Positions 48,020-56,900 of a DNA stretch of 64,000 nt are shown here, one piece after another. Numbering within the stretch: the stretch's first letter is position 1; every line of letters starts with the position of its first letter. The position numbers and the translations under genes are program-made. Source of the stretch: a virus (Duplodnaviria; Heunggongvirae; Uroviricota; Caudoviricetes); the IMG/VR virus record IMGVR_UViG_3300048672_000527, positions 36,770 through 100,769 of that record; one strand, given 5' to 3'. The notes below the pieces were generated by a model. It worked only from the letters and a program-made list of their open reading frames with translations. It was not told the origin of the DNA and made no database searches.

Positions 48020-48105
48020 AACAGGATATTTAAATATCTGAGCGCTCACCGGAAGGTCTCACTGCGCTATACAAATAAACATTTTAAAGAAAGTAGGAAC
48101 CCAAA

Positions 48106-48651
48106 ATTGCTAGAATTTCAGACTTTAAAGCACAAATGATTCAAGGCGGATTCCGCCCAAATCAATTCCAGTGCGCAATTGTATTCCCTGCAATTATCCC
48201 TGGTGGCTCTGCTGCTGGACAAAAGTTGCAATTCCTTGCCAAGTCGGCACAACTCCCAGCATCATCTGTTTCTAGTATTGGTGTTTCTTATCGTGGGCGC
48301 CCTGTCAAGTTTGCTGGTGAACGTGAATTCCAACCATGGACAATTGAAGTTTATACAGATACCGATTTCGTTGTTCGTAATGCTTTTGAAGCATGGATTG
48401 ACACAATTCAGAAGTCTACAAGCACCAACGGTGCGGTTCGCCCAGCTGATTATCAATCTGATCTAATGGCACAAGCACTGGATCGTAATGATAATGTTGT
48501 TAAGACTTACAACTTTGTAGATGCATTCCCAACAGAAATTGGTGCTATCGCCATGGATTGGGAAAATAACAATCAAATTGCTACATTCTCTGTGACATTT
48601 GATTACAACTACTTCACCTCCGAGGGTGCAGAAGGCGTCAACATCGCTTAA
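48106..48651 (+). CDS. gp19: Tail tube protein (probable ATT start at 48106; first ATG 48136)
   Basis: ISDFK..GG.RPNQF, SAQLP.S, YRGR.VK.AG.REF.PWT, AFE.W, DAFP..IG.I..DW. Confidence 0.95.
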   Translation: MARISDFKAQMIQGGFRPNQFQCAIVFPAIIPGGSAAGQKLQFLAKSAQLPASSVSSIGVSYRGRPVKFAGEREFQPWTIEVYTDTDFVVRNAFEAWIDTIQKSTSTNGAVRPADYQSDLMAQALDRNDNVVKTYNFVDAFPTEIGAIAMDWENNNQIATFSVTFDYNYFTSEGAEGVNIA

Positions 48652-48658
48652 GGCTTAA

Positions 48659-50383
48659 ATGGCAACAGCTAATTCATTATTACAACAGTTATTTGGTTTT
48701 CAATTTAAACGAAATAAATCTGACACTGAACAGATACCATCGGTAATTGCCCCGCAAAACACCGATGGTGCCATTGTTATTGATGCAGGCACAGGTAGCC
48801 TAGGTCAACACTATGGTTTATCGTTTGATATTGAAGGTCAAGTAAAGACAGAAAACGAATTAATTTCTCGTTATCGTACAGTTGCACGATTCCAAGAAGT
48901 TGACTCAGCTATTGATGACATTATTAATGAATCACTAGTTACTGATCAGGAAGATTATCCTGTCAAACTACAACTTGATCTACTACAAGCACCGCAGAAC
49001 ATTAAAAAGAAGTTTCAAGATGAACTTCAAAATATTCTCAACATTCTTGATTTCAACGAGAAGGGACACGACATTTTTCGTCAGTGGTATGTCGATGGTC
49101 GCCTTTATGCCCACGTTCTATTTGAAAAAGAAAATACAAAAGACGGTATTGCAGAAATTCGTCTTATTGATCCACGTAAAATTAAACGTGTCAAACAAAT
49201 CAATAAGGGTCGTAATGCACAAGGTTTAGAAGTTGTAACTTCAATCGAAGAATACTACATCTATAACGAGAAGGGTATTACCGAACAAAATATCCAAGGT
49301 ATCAAAATGTCCTTGGATTCTGTTATTCTATGTACATCTGGTAATGTAGATGGAAATAATGGTATGGTTATCGGTCATCTTGATAAAGCGGTTAAACCAG
49401 CAAATCAACTAAAGATGATCGAAGATGCTATTGTCATATACCGTCTGACTCGTGCTCCAGAACGTCGCGTTTTCTATATTGACGTTGGTAATATGCCAAA
49501 AATGAAAGCGGAGCAATATGTAACAGAAATGATGAACAAGTTCCGTAATAAACTTGTTTATGATGCTCATACTGGTGAAGTTGCAGATACAAAACGTCAT
49601 CTGTCAATGATGGAAGATTTCTGGATGCCTCGCCGTGAAGGTGGCAAGGGTACAGAAATCACAACACTCCAAGGTGCACAGAATATGTCACAATTGGATG
49701 ATTTGGAATACTTCCGTAAAAAGTTACAACAATCTCTTAATGTTCCAGCTAGCCGTACTAAAGAAGATACTGGCTTTACTCTGGGTCAATCACAGACAAT
49801 TACACGTGATGAAGTAAAATTTAGTAAGTTTGTCGGTAAGCTACGTATGAAATTTAGTAGCTTGTTCACAGATTTGTTAAAGGTACAATTAGTTGCTAAA
49901 GGTATTATTAGTCTTTCTGACTGGGAAAATATCAAGCAAAAGATTCGTTATGATTACATTCAAGATAATCATTTTGCAGAACTCAAAAAGATTGAAATCA
50001 TCAACAGCAAGATGAGCGCACTTGTTCAGGTTGATCAGTATTCTGGAAAATACTTCTCTAAGCAATGGATTCAACGCAATATTCTTGGTATGGATGATGA
50101 AGAAATCAAAGATATCCAAAAGGAAATTGAAGAAGAAGGTCCGGCAGCAAATCCAGTTGTCCCTGGAATGCCAACTGTGGACGGTGATGGTAATCCAGTT
50201 GATTCGTTTGCAATGCAACAAGATCAAATGGCTCAAGATCAAATGGCTCAAGATCAGCAAATGCAACAGAGCGATGATCTGCACCAACAGAAACTTGATC
50301 AAAATGATGAAATGCACGCGGAACGCTTGAATCAGAAAAAGTCAGATTTTAAGAATAGAGGCAAAAAAGATGTCAAAAAATAA
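48659..50383 (+). CDS. gp20: Portal protein
   Basis: WYVDGR, IDPRKIK, K.ANQL.MIEDA.VIYRL.RAPERRVFYIDVGN.PK.KAEQY, MMEDFW.PRREGGKGTEITTL. Confidence 0.98.
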   Translation: MATANSLLQQLFGFQFKRNKSDTEQIPSVIAPQNTDGAIVIDAGTGSLGQHYGLSFDIEGQVKTENELISRYRTVARFQEVDSAIDDIINESLVTDQEDYPVKLQLDLLQAPQNIKKKFQDELQNILNILDFNEKGHDIFRQWYVDGRLYAHVLFEKENTKDGIAEIRLIDPRKIKRVKQINKGRNAQGLEVVTSIEEYYIYNEKGITEQNIQGIKMSLDSVILCTSGNVDGNNGMVIGHLDKAVKPANQLKMIEDAIVIYRLTRAPERRVFYIDVGNMPKMKAEQYVTEMMNKFRNKLVYDAHTGEVADTKRHLSMMEDFWMPRREGGKGTEITTLQGAQNMSQLDDLEYFRKKLQQSLNVPASRTKEDTGFTLGQSQTITRDEVKFSKFVGKLRMKFSSLFTDLLKVQLVAKGIISLSDWENIKQKIRYDYIQDNHFAELKKIEIINSKMSALVQVDQYSGKYFSKQWIQRNILGMDDEEIKDIQKEIEEEGPAANPVVPGMPTVDGDGNPVDSFAMQQDQMAQDQMAQDQQMQQSDDLHQQKLDQNDEMHAERLNQKKSDFKNRGKKDVKK

Positions 50384-50780
50384 AGAACTTGATGAAGCTT
50401 TAGGTCATGGGACCGAGCGTGCATCTGAACATTCATGGGCTTCTACTGGAAATGCAAGACCCGCGCAAAAAGCTAAATACTTGGTAAAACATCGCGAAAC
50501 CGGTAAAGTACACTCTGTTCACACAGATGCACCTAGCGCAGTTCGTGAACGTAATAAAATTGGTGGAGCAGAAACTCACTCTATCGTTAAGGAAAGTGTG
50601 GAGGATATTATGGAACAAGTAAAAAGTTTAATTGACGCAATCGAATCTGGTAAAACAGTCAGTATTGAGTCTACATTCAATGAAATCATGTCATCAAAAT
50701 TGGCAGATGCAATTGAGTCTCGCCGTGGTGAAATTGCTAGCAATCTATTCACACAGACTGAAGCTACCACAGAGGAATAA
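50370..50780 (+). CDS. Prohead core protein (gp67-like C-half) with an extra N-terminal module
   Basis: C-half LIDAI..G..F.EIMSSKLADAIE.RR.EIA.NLF; directly after the portal. Confidence 0.6.
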   Translation: MSKNKELDEALGHGTERASEHSWASTGNARPAQKAKYLVKHRETGKVHSVHTDAPSAVRERNKIGGAETHSIVKESVEDIMEQVKSLIDAIESGKTVSIESTFNEIMSSKLADAIESRRGEIASNLFTQTEATTEE

Positions 50781-50783
50781 TAA

Positions 50784-51191
50784 ATGGCAATCACTATTCT
50801 AAAAAATACCCATAACTTGGCTGTTGTCAAGTTTGCGGGTACCACACTAAACGATACACTTACACTTAATACAGCTCTTCGTTTAGCAACTCAAATTGGT
50901 GGTACACCAGACTGTCCAATCATTGCAGCAACATGGGCATGTACACCAGGTGCTTCTGATCTGATTACGATTACACGTGGAGGTACTACTGTACTTCAAC
51001 TATATCGCAATGGTGTTATGGATTTTGGTCCACTGGGGTTTTATGACAATACGGGTTCGGCATCTGATATTGTAGTAACATCGGTTGGTACAGCACAGTT
51101 ATATCTAACAATCCGTAAGACTGGCTATATTTCTTCAGTTGAGCCTGAGAAGTTTGGTTCTTATGATAACCCAGCAGTGGTGGGCAGCTAA
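50784..51191 (+). CDS. Head-region hypothetical protein
   Basis: Between the gp67-like gene and gp21; beta-rich. Confidence 0.65.
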   Translation: MAITILKNTHNLAVVKFAGTTLNDTLTLNTALRLATQIGGTPDCPIIAATWACTPGASDLITITRGGTTVLQLYRNGVMDFGPLGFYDNTGSASDIVVTSVGTAQLYLTIRKTGYISSVEPEKFGSYDNPAVVGS

Positions 51192-51192
51192 C

Positions 51193-51849
51193 ATGAAATT
51201 TCTACGTGAATCAATAGACTTTAATGATGTACAGATTATCACCGAGGGTACTGGTGATAATAAAACTTTGTTTATTGAAGGTATCTTTGCTCAAGCAGAG
51301 AAAAAGAACCGTAATGGCCGCATTTATCCAAAACAAATTATGGAGAGTGCAGTTAACAAATATGTGAACGAATTCGTTAATAGTCGCCGAGCTTTGGGTG
51401 AACTTAGCCACCCAGAAAGCCGCCCAACTGTTAAGCCAGAACTTGCTTCACACTTAATTACCACACTTCGTTTCGAGGGAAATGATGTTTATGGTAAAGC
51501 GAAAGTACTCAATACACCTCAGGGTAATGTTCTTAAAGGACTTCTTGAGGGTGGTGTGCAAATGGGTGTCTCAACACGCGGTCTAGGTTCTATTGAAGAA
51601 CGTGCGGGAACCGTATATGTTAAAGACGACTTTGCAATGATGGCTATTGATGCAGTATCAGACCCAAGTGGTATTGATTGCTGGGTTAACGCTATCAACG
51701 AAAGCCGTGATTGGGTTTATATTGATGGACGTTACGAAGAACGTGAAATTGAAGCAGCAAAGGCAGCTATTAAAACAGCTACCACCAAGCAACTTGAAGA
51801 AACAGCACTGCGTCAGTTTCAAAAGTTCATGAAAACCATCAAAAGTTAA
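51193..51849 (+). CDS. gp21: Prohead protease
   Basis: IEGIFAQAE.KNRNGRIY, ALGEL.HP, SH.I, GVSTRGLGS, D.VSDPS. Start reassigned to ATG 51193. Confidence 0.95.
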   Translation: MKFLRESIDFNDVQIITEGTGDNKTLFIEGIFAQAEKKNRNGRIYPKQIMESAVNKYVNEFVNSRRALGELSHPESRPTVKPELASHLITTLRFEGNDVYGKAKVLNTPQGNVLKGLLEGGVQMGVSTRGLGSIEERAGTVYVKDDFAMMAIDAVSDPSGIDCWVNAINESRDWVYIDGRYEEREIEAAKAAIKTATTKQLEETALRQFQKFMKTIKS

Positions 51850-51850
51850 A

Positions 51851-52414
51851 ATGATAACAACTCTTTATATAAAAGAACATAAAGAATCTGGTTTAAAATA
51901 TTTCGGTAAAACAACCAAATCGGATGTAGATTCATATGACGGTTCTGGAAAATACTGGAAACGTCATTTGAAAGAACATGGTAAAAATGTCAAGACAATT
52001 TGGTCTGAACATTTTGAAAATAAAGAACTTCTTCAAGAATTTGCGGAATTTTTCAGTGACTTCTTTGATATTGTAAAATCTGATAATTGGGCAAATTTGA
52101 AACCAGAAAATGGTCTTGATGGATGGGTTATTGGTCAAAAACATGATCCAGAAACAAAACTAAGTGGAATGAGAGGAAAGAAACATTCCACAGAAACTAA
52201 ATTGAAAATGAGCTTAGCTAGAATTGGTAAGAAATTAAGCGAAGAACACAAGGCAAAATTAAGAATCCCCAAGAGTGATATAGCGAAACAAAATATATCA
52301 AAAGGTAGAATGGGATTTAAGCATTCCACAGAAACTAAATTGAAAATAGGAAATTCTGTGAAATATGGGAAAACTGTAGATGGTGCATCATTTGGTGCAA
52401 TTCTTGAACAATAA
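51851..52414 (+). CDS. Seg-like GIY-YIG homing endonuclease with NUMOD3 repeats
   Basis: LYIKEHKESGLKYFGKT..YDGSGKYW..HG; WANLKPENGLDG; KHSTETKLK twice. Confidence 0.85.
   Translation: MITTLYIKEHKESGLKYFGKTTKSDVDSYDGSGKYWKRHLKEHGKNVKTIWSEHFENKELLQEFAEFFSDFFDIVKSDNWANLKPENGLDGWVIGQKHDPETKLSGMRGKKHSTETKLKMSLARIGKKLSEEHKAKLRIPKSDIAKQNISKGRMGFKHSTETKLKIGNSVKYGKTVDGASFGAILEQ
52184..52347 (+). repeat. 26-nt direct repeat encoding NUMOD3 motifs
   Basis: CATTCCACAGAAACTAAATTGAAAAT at 52184-52209 and 52322-52347. Confidence 0.85.
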
Positions 52415-52444
52415 ATATACTAAATAATAATAAGGAGTTTCCAA

Positions 52445-53482
52445 ATGGCACTAGAAGATAAGATCAAAGCTTTGAAAGAAGCAGCTGCAAAACTAAATGA
52501 AGCAAAGTCTAAAGAGGCTGACGAAGATCAGGATAATGACATCACCAATGATAACGAGAAGGATGCATTGGTCGATGGTTCTGAAGATGAGACCAAAGGT
52601 AAAAAGGGTGATGCTGTGAAAGAAGCAACAGATCCAAATCAATCTCAAGCAGCTACTGGTCAAGACCAAGATAAGGTTGGTACTAGCAATGCAAAGATCA
52701 AGCGTAAGATGACAGGTCAAGACCCTAAGCCAACTGGTCCAAGCCCAGTTAAGGAAGCTATTGATCTAGGTGCCCTGTTTGATGGCACTGATTTGACAGA
52801 AGAATTTAAGACCAAGGCTATTACGATTTTCGAAGCAGCAGTGGCGGCACGTGTTTCCCAAATTCAGGAATCACTGGAAGAAGAATTGGCTCTTCGTGCT
52901 CTAACCGAGTCCGAAGAACTAAAAGAGGGGTTAGTTGAAAAAGTTGATGGATACCTTGACTTTATTGTCGAGCAGTGGATGAATAAGAATGAAATCGCCC
53001 TTGACCGTGGTATCAAAGCGGAAATCTTTGAGAGCTTTATTAGCAAGATGCATGATGTGTTCGTAGAGCACAACATTAATCTTCCTGATGAAGAATTTGA
53101 TCTGGTAGAATCTCTACAAGATAAGAATGAAGCTCTGGAAGAATCCCTAGATGAACAGGTCGCTCAGAACGTCGAATTGACAAAGACTATTAAGCAATAT
53201 GCTAAGGATGCAGCAATCAATGAAGCTACCGAAGGTATGACTGATATTGATGCTGAAAAGTTCTCGCTATTGGCTGAAGAAATTGCTTTCGATGATGAAG
53301 TCTCGTTTAAGACAAAGTTGAACGTAATCCGTGAAAACTATGTTGGTAATAAGACAGCTAAGAAGGAAGAAAAGGTCCTGGAAGAAAATGTTACACTAGA
53401 TGCTAACACACCAGCACCATTGAATGAAACAGTTAAGACTCTCGATCCAAATATGGCTCGTTACGTCAGCGCAATTAAGTAA
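52445..53482 (+). CDS. gp22: Prohead core scaffolding protein
   Basis: LTEEFKTKA.TIFEAAV, LVEKVDGYLD..VEQW..NE.A...GI..E..ESF, F..KL..IRENY, M.RYV.AI. Confidence 0.93.
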   Translation: MALEDKIKALKEAAAKLNEAKSKEADEDQDNDITNDNEKDALVDGSEDETKGKKGDAVKEATDPNQSQAATGQDQDKVGTSNAKIKRKMTGQDPKPTGPSPVKEAIDLGALFDGTDLTEEFKTKAITIFEAAVAARVSQIQESLEEELALRALTESEELKEGLVEKVDGYLDFIVEQWMNKNEIALDRGIKAEIFESFISKMHDVFVEHNINLPDEEFDLVESLQDKNEALEESLDEQVAQNVELTKTIKQYAKDAAINEATEGMTDIDAEKFSLLAEEIAFDDEVSFKTKLNVIRENYVGNKTAKKEEKVLEENVTLDANTPAPLNETVKTLDPNMARYVSAIK

Positions 53483-53509
53483 AACGTCATCAACTATAAG
53501 GAAAATAAA

Positions 53510-54778
53510 ATGACAACTCGTGCAGATTTAGTTAAAAAGTGGGCTCCAGTTCTGGAAGCTGAAAATGCTCCAAGGATTACCGATAACTACCGTAAGGAAG
53601 TTACAGCTGTTCTTTTGGAAAACCAAGAACGTAACAACATGGAAGAACGTGCAGCTCTGTTTGAAGCTGCTCCAACCAACTCGGCTGGTGCAATGCCTGA
53701 CACAGGTGGTGTAGCCAAGTTCGATCCAGTGTTGATCAGCTTGGTCCGTCGTGCAATGCCAGCAATGATTGCATACGACATGTGCGGTGTTCAACCAATG
53801 ACTCAGCCAACAGGTCTGATCTTCGCTATGAAGAGCAAGTATGGTACACAAGGTGGTACTGAAGCTCTGTTTAACGAAGCTAACTCAGCATTCTCTGGTA
53901 CTGGTACTCAAACCGACGGTACTATGGGTCCAGCTGGTGCAGGTGCTACAGCAGGTACTGCATACGCAACAGCAACAGCTGAAGCTCAAACCGGTTCTGG
54001 TACATCGCCAACAAACTTCGGTGAAATGGCGTTCACAATTGAAAAGACTTCTGTCACCGCTCAAAGCCGTGCTTTGAAGGCAGAGTACAGTGTTGAACTG
54101 GCTCAAGACTTGAAGGCTGTTCACGGTCTGGATGCAGAAGCTGAACTGAGCAATATCCTGTCTCAGGAAATCTTGAATGAAATTAACCGTGAAGTTATTC
54201 GTTCCATCTACATCGCTGCAAAGCCAGGTGCTCAAGTTGGTACTGCTACAGCTGGTGTATTTGACCTGGACGTTGACTCTAATGGTCGTTGGTCTGTTGA
54301 AAAGTTCAAGGGTCTGTTGTTCCAAATCGAGCGTGAAGCTAATGCGATTTATCAACAAACTCGTCGTGGTCGTGGTAACTTCATCGTTTGCTCTGCAGAC
54401 GTAGCAAGTGCTTTGGCTATGGCTGGTGTTCTGGACTATGCTCCAGCACTGTCAACAGGTCTGAAGGTTGACGAAGCATCTAGCACTTTCGCAGGTGTTC
54501 TGAATGGTAAGTACAAGGTTTATGTTGATCCGTTCGCAGCAAACCAAACTGCTTCTCAGTTCCTGATGGTTGGTTATAAAGGTTCTTCTTCGTTTGACGC
54601 TGGCGCATTCTACTGCCCATACGTTCCACTGAGCCTGTATCGTGCTGTTGATCCAGCAACCTTCCAACCAAAGATTGCTTTCCGTACTAGATATGGTTTC
54701 GTTGCAAACCCATTCACATCTTTGACTTCTGGTCAAAATATCTATTACCGCAAGGTGACTGTAAACAACTTGATGTAA
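53510..54778 (+). CDS. gp23: Major capsid protein
   Basis: DPVLISLVRRAMP, CGVQPM..PTGLIFAM, FGEMAF.IEK..V.A.SRALKAEYS.ELAQDLKAVHGLDAE, FQPKI.F.TRYG. Confidence 0.98.
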   Translation: MTTRADLVKKWAPVLEAENAPRITDNYRKEVTAVLLENQERNNMEERAALFEAAPTNSAGAMPDTGGVAKFDPVLISLVRRAMPAMIAYDMCGVQPMTQPTGLIFAMKSKYGTQGGTEALFNEANSAFSGTGTQTDGTMGPAGAGATAGTAYATATAEAQTGSGTSPTNFGEMAFTIEKTSVTAQSRALKAEYSVELAQDLKAVHGLDAEAELSNILSQEILNEINREVIRSIYIAAKPGAQVGTATAGVFDLDVDSNGRWSVEKFKGLLFQIEREANAIYQQTRRGRGNFIVCSADVASALAMAGVLDYAPALSTGLKVDEASSTFAGVLNGKYKVYVDPFAANQTASQFLMVGYKGSSSFDAGAFYCPYVPLSLYRAVDPATFQPKIAFRTRYGFVANPFTSLTSGQNIYYRKVTVNNLM

Positions 54779-54811
54779 AAGTTAGTATATACTAACTTAG
54801 TAGTCTAAGTT

Positions 54812-54845
54812 TAGCCCCTAGTAGAAATATTAGGGGCTATTTTAT
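54812..54845 (+). terminator. Intrinsic terminator after gp23
   Basis: TAGCCCCTAGTA-GAAA-TATTAGGGGCTA followed by TTTT. Confidence 0.85.
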
Positions 54846-54891
54846 TATCTTAATTTTGATATATACTAATGAATGCAAATAAAGGTTGGAT

Positions 54892-56355
54892 ATGTCATTT
54901 GAAATTATAGAGAAACTAAAACAAATTCGAGAAAACCCAAGAAAGATGCAAGAGAAATACTTGAAGTCTTCTGGTGTATTTGATTACATTGTGGATAATA
55001 CACATGACTATGTGTCTTGGAAAATTAAAGATCGTATTGATTTTATTATTGGCGGATGTGAGAAAAGACTTTGTCATTGTGGTAATCAATTAAAAACTTG
55101 GCAAAGTCATTGTTCACAAAAATGTGCAGGAAGTGATCCAGAATTTGTTAAAAGAATTTCAAAACTGCAAAAAGATAATGCAGTTGATAGATATAACAAA
55201 ACAAAGAAGACAATGCTAGAGAAATATGGGGTAACACATAATAATCAATTACAAAGATGCATAGATAGTAGAAAACAAAAACGAGAACTGTATCACAAAG
55301 AGCTCAGAGTAGAAACATTCAAGAAATATGGACTCGATATATCTAAATTTCAAACGACAAAAGAACTACAAGAAATGGTTGATAATTGTTGTTCACTAAC
55401 AGAATTAAGTAGTAACTTTTTCGGTGGGATGCCCAAAACAACGATTGTTCGCCATATGTCAGAGTATGGTGTCAAGTTAATTAATGACGTATCAACTTCT
55501 GCTGGAGAAAAAGATTTGGCCAATTTTGTGAAATCTCTTGGTTTTGAAATTTCACAAAATAATAGAGATATTATTAAACCATATGAACTTGATATAGTAG
55601 TTGAATCAAAGAAAATCGCGATTGAATATAATGGAATTTATTGGCATTCTGAAGAATGTGGTACTGATCCAAATAGTATGAAGATGAAATTAGAACTGGC
55701 CAATAAAGCTGGTTATCAAGTCATCAATGTTTTAGAGAGCGAATGGATACTACAACGTGAAAAAGTCGAGTCTATTATCTCATCGAAACTCGGCATAGTA
55801 AAGAATAGAATCTATGCACGCAACTGTAGTGTTAAATTTATAGATTCTAAGACCGGTAAGCAGTTCTTTGAGAAAACACATATCCAGAATAATGCTGTAG
55901 CAAAGTATTATATTGGATTATATAATGGTGAAAATTTAGTAGCGGCGTGTTCTTTTGGTAAATCTAGGTTTGATAAAATGTGTGATTATGAGTTAATTAG
56001 ATTCTCTAGTGAATTTAACACACAGATAGTCGGTGGATTCTCGAAAATTTTGAAGTTTTTCAAAACAAATGTTCCGGGATCAATTTCAACATACTGCGAT
56101 TTACGATATTCGAATGGTTCTATGTATAGCCAATTTGGCGAATTAATAAAGAAAACTTCGCCAAATTACTCTTGGTATACAGTTTTAGGTGATGGTGAAG
56201 CACTTTCACGTTATAAAACACAGAAAAAGAAATTGAAGACTTTATTCCCAGATAAATATAGAAATGATCTTTCTGAAAATGAGATCATGGAGAGTGCTGG
56301 CTACTTTAAGGTTTTCGATTGTGGCAATTTACTCTACAACTTAAATAGGATTTGA
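54892..56355 (+). CDS. Hef-like homing endonuclease (DUF559/PD-(D/E)xK-type nuclease + C-terminal domain)
   Basis: S.GEK.L..F, PYELDI...IAIEYNGIYWHS, IYARNC, YEL.RF, VGGFSK, YCDLRYSNG, V.DCG; N-terminal CHCG..CSQKC. Track start is TTG 54886. Confidence 0.75.
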   Translation: MSFEIIEKLKQIRENPRKMQEKYLKSSGVFDYIVDNTHDYVSWKIKDRIDFIIGGCEKRLCHCGNQLKTWQSHCSQKCAGSDPEFVKRISKLQKDNAVDRYNKTKKTMLEKYGVTHNNQLQRCIDSRKQKRELYHKELRVETFKKYGLDISKFQTTKELQEMVDNCCSLTELSSNFFGGMPKTTIVRHMSEYGVKLINDVSTSAGEKDLANFVKSLGFEISQNNRDIIKPYELDIVVESKKIAIEYNGIYWHSEECGTDPNSMKMKLELANKAGYQVINVLESEWILQREKVESIISSKLGIVKNRIYARNCSVKFIDSKTGKQFFEKTHIQNNAVAKYYIGLYNGENLVAACSFGKSRFDKMCDYELIRFSSEFNTQIVGGFSKILKFFKTNVPGSISTYCDLRYSNGSMYSQFGELIKKTSPNYSWYTVLGDGEALSRYKTQKKKLKTLFPDKYRNDLSENEIMESAGYFKVFDCGNLLYNLNRI

Positions 56356-56356
56356 C

Positions 56357-56575
56357 ATGGATAGAGCAAAAAGAATTCAGCAAAAAGAAAATTATGCCAA
56401 AAAACAAATGAAAATTGCAAAACGAATTGGCTCTACATTAAAATCAGAAAAGCATGTGGAACATGCTGCCATGGATTGTGGAACACCTAACTGTTTCTTG
56501 TGTGGTAATAGAAGACTTCATGATGGGTTAACATATCAAGAAAGAAAATTATTTCAGGATTTAGAAAATGCGTAA
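56357..56575 (+). CDS. Small basic Cys-motif protein
   Basis: DCGTPNCFLCGN.R motif. Confidence 0.7.
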   Translation: MDRAKRIQQKENYAKKQMKIAKRIGSTLKSEKHVEHAAMDCGTPNCFLCGNRRLHDGLTYQERKLFQDLENA

Positions 56576-56897
56576 ATTAATATTTCTTATAGTTGCTTTA
56601 CTAATAGCATGTGGCCCATCTGAGATTAAAATGTATAATATGACATCTCGTGATCGCTGGACTGTAGCTACTATTGAGACGCACTGGATCAATAAATCAA
56701 ATATTGACTCTACATGTAAGAAACTCGGCACAAATGACGAAGGTGCCACGCAATATAAGGGCTGCGCCAGGTCAAAACCGGGTGATATGTCTATATGTGA
56801 GATATATACGGTAAGACCCGAAGATTTTGACGATACTGATAAACTTCAGAGCCTTGGCCACGAACTTTGGCATTGTTTGGGTGCTACACATAAATAA
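56568..56897 (+). CDS. Predicted lipoprotein with HExxH metallopeptidase motif
   Basis: Signal + lipobox LIA|C; C-terminal GHELWHC.G. Confidence 0.65.
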   Translation: MRKLIFLIVALLIACGPSEIKMYNMTSRDRWTVATIETHWINKSNIDSTCKKLGTNDEGATQYKGCARSKPGDMSICEIYTVRPEDFDDTDKLQSLGHELWHCLGATHK

Positions 56898-56900
56898 TTA

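Noticed and set aside
47971-48033. 20-codon mini-ORF between gp18 and gp19
   Set aside because: No RBS, overlaps the late promoter, no recognisable motif.
50215-50265. CAAGATCAAATGGCT tandem repeat
   Set aside because: Encodes a QDQMA low-complexity portal tail; such variable tails are ordinary.
52184-52347. 26-nt direct repeat as a mobile-element end or mini-CRISPR
   Set aside because: Both copies encode the KHSTETKLK NUMOD3 motif inside the endonuclease.
44106-54778. Introns or inteins in gp17, gp20, gp23 or gp46
   Set aside because: All reading frames are continuous and of normal length with no intein or group I signatures seen.
53510-56355. Absence of gp24, hoc and soc after gp23
   Set aside because: Normal for cyanophage-like T4 relatives, and cannot be judged from one window.
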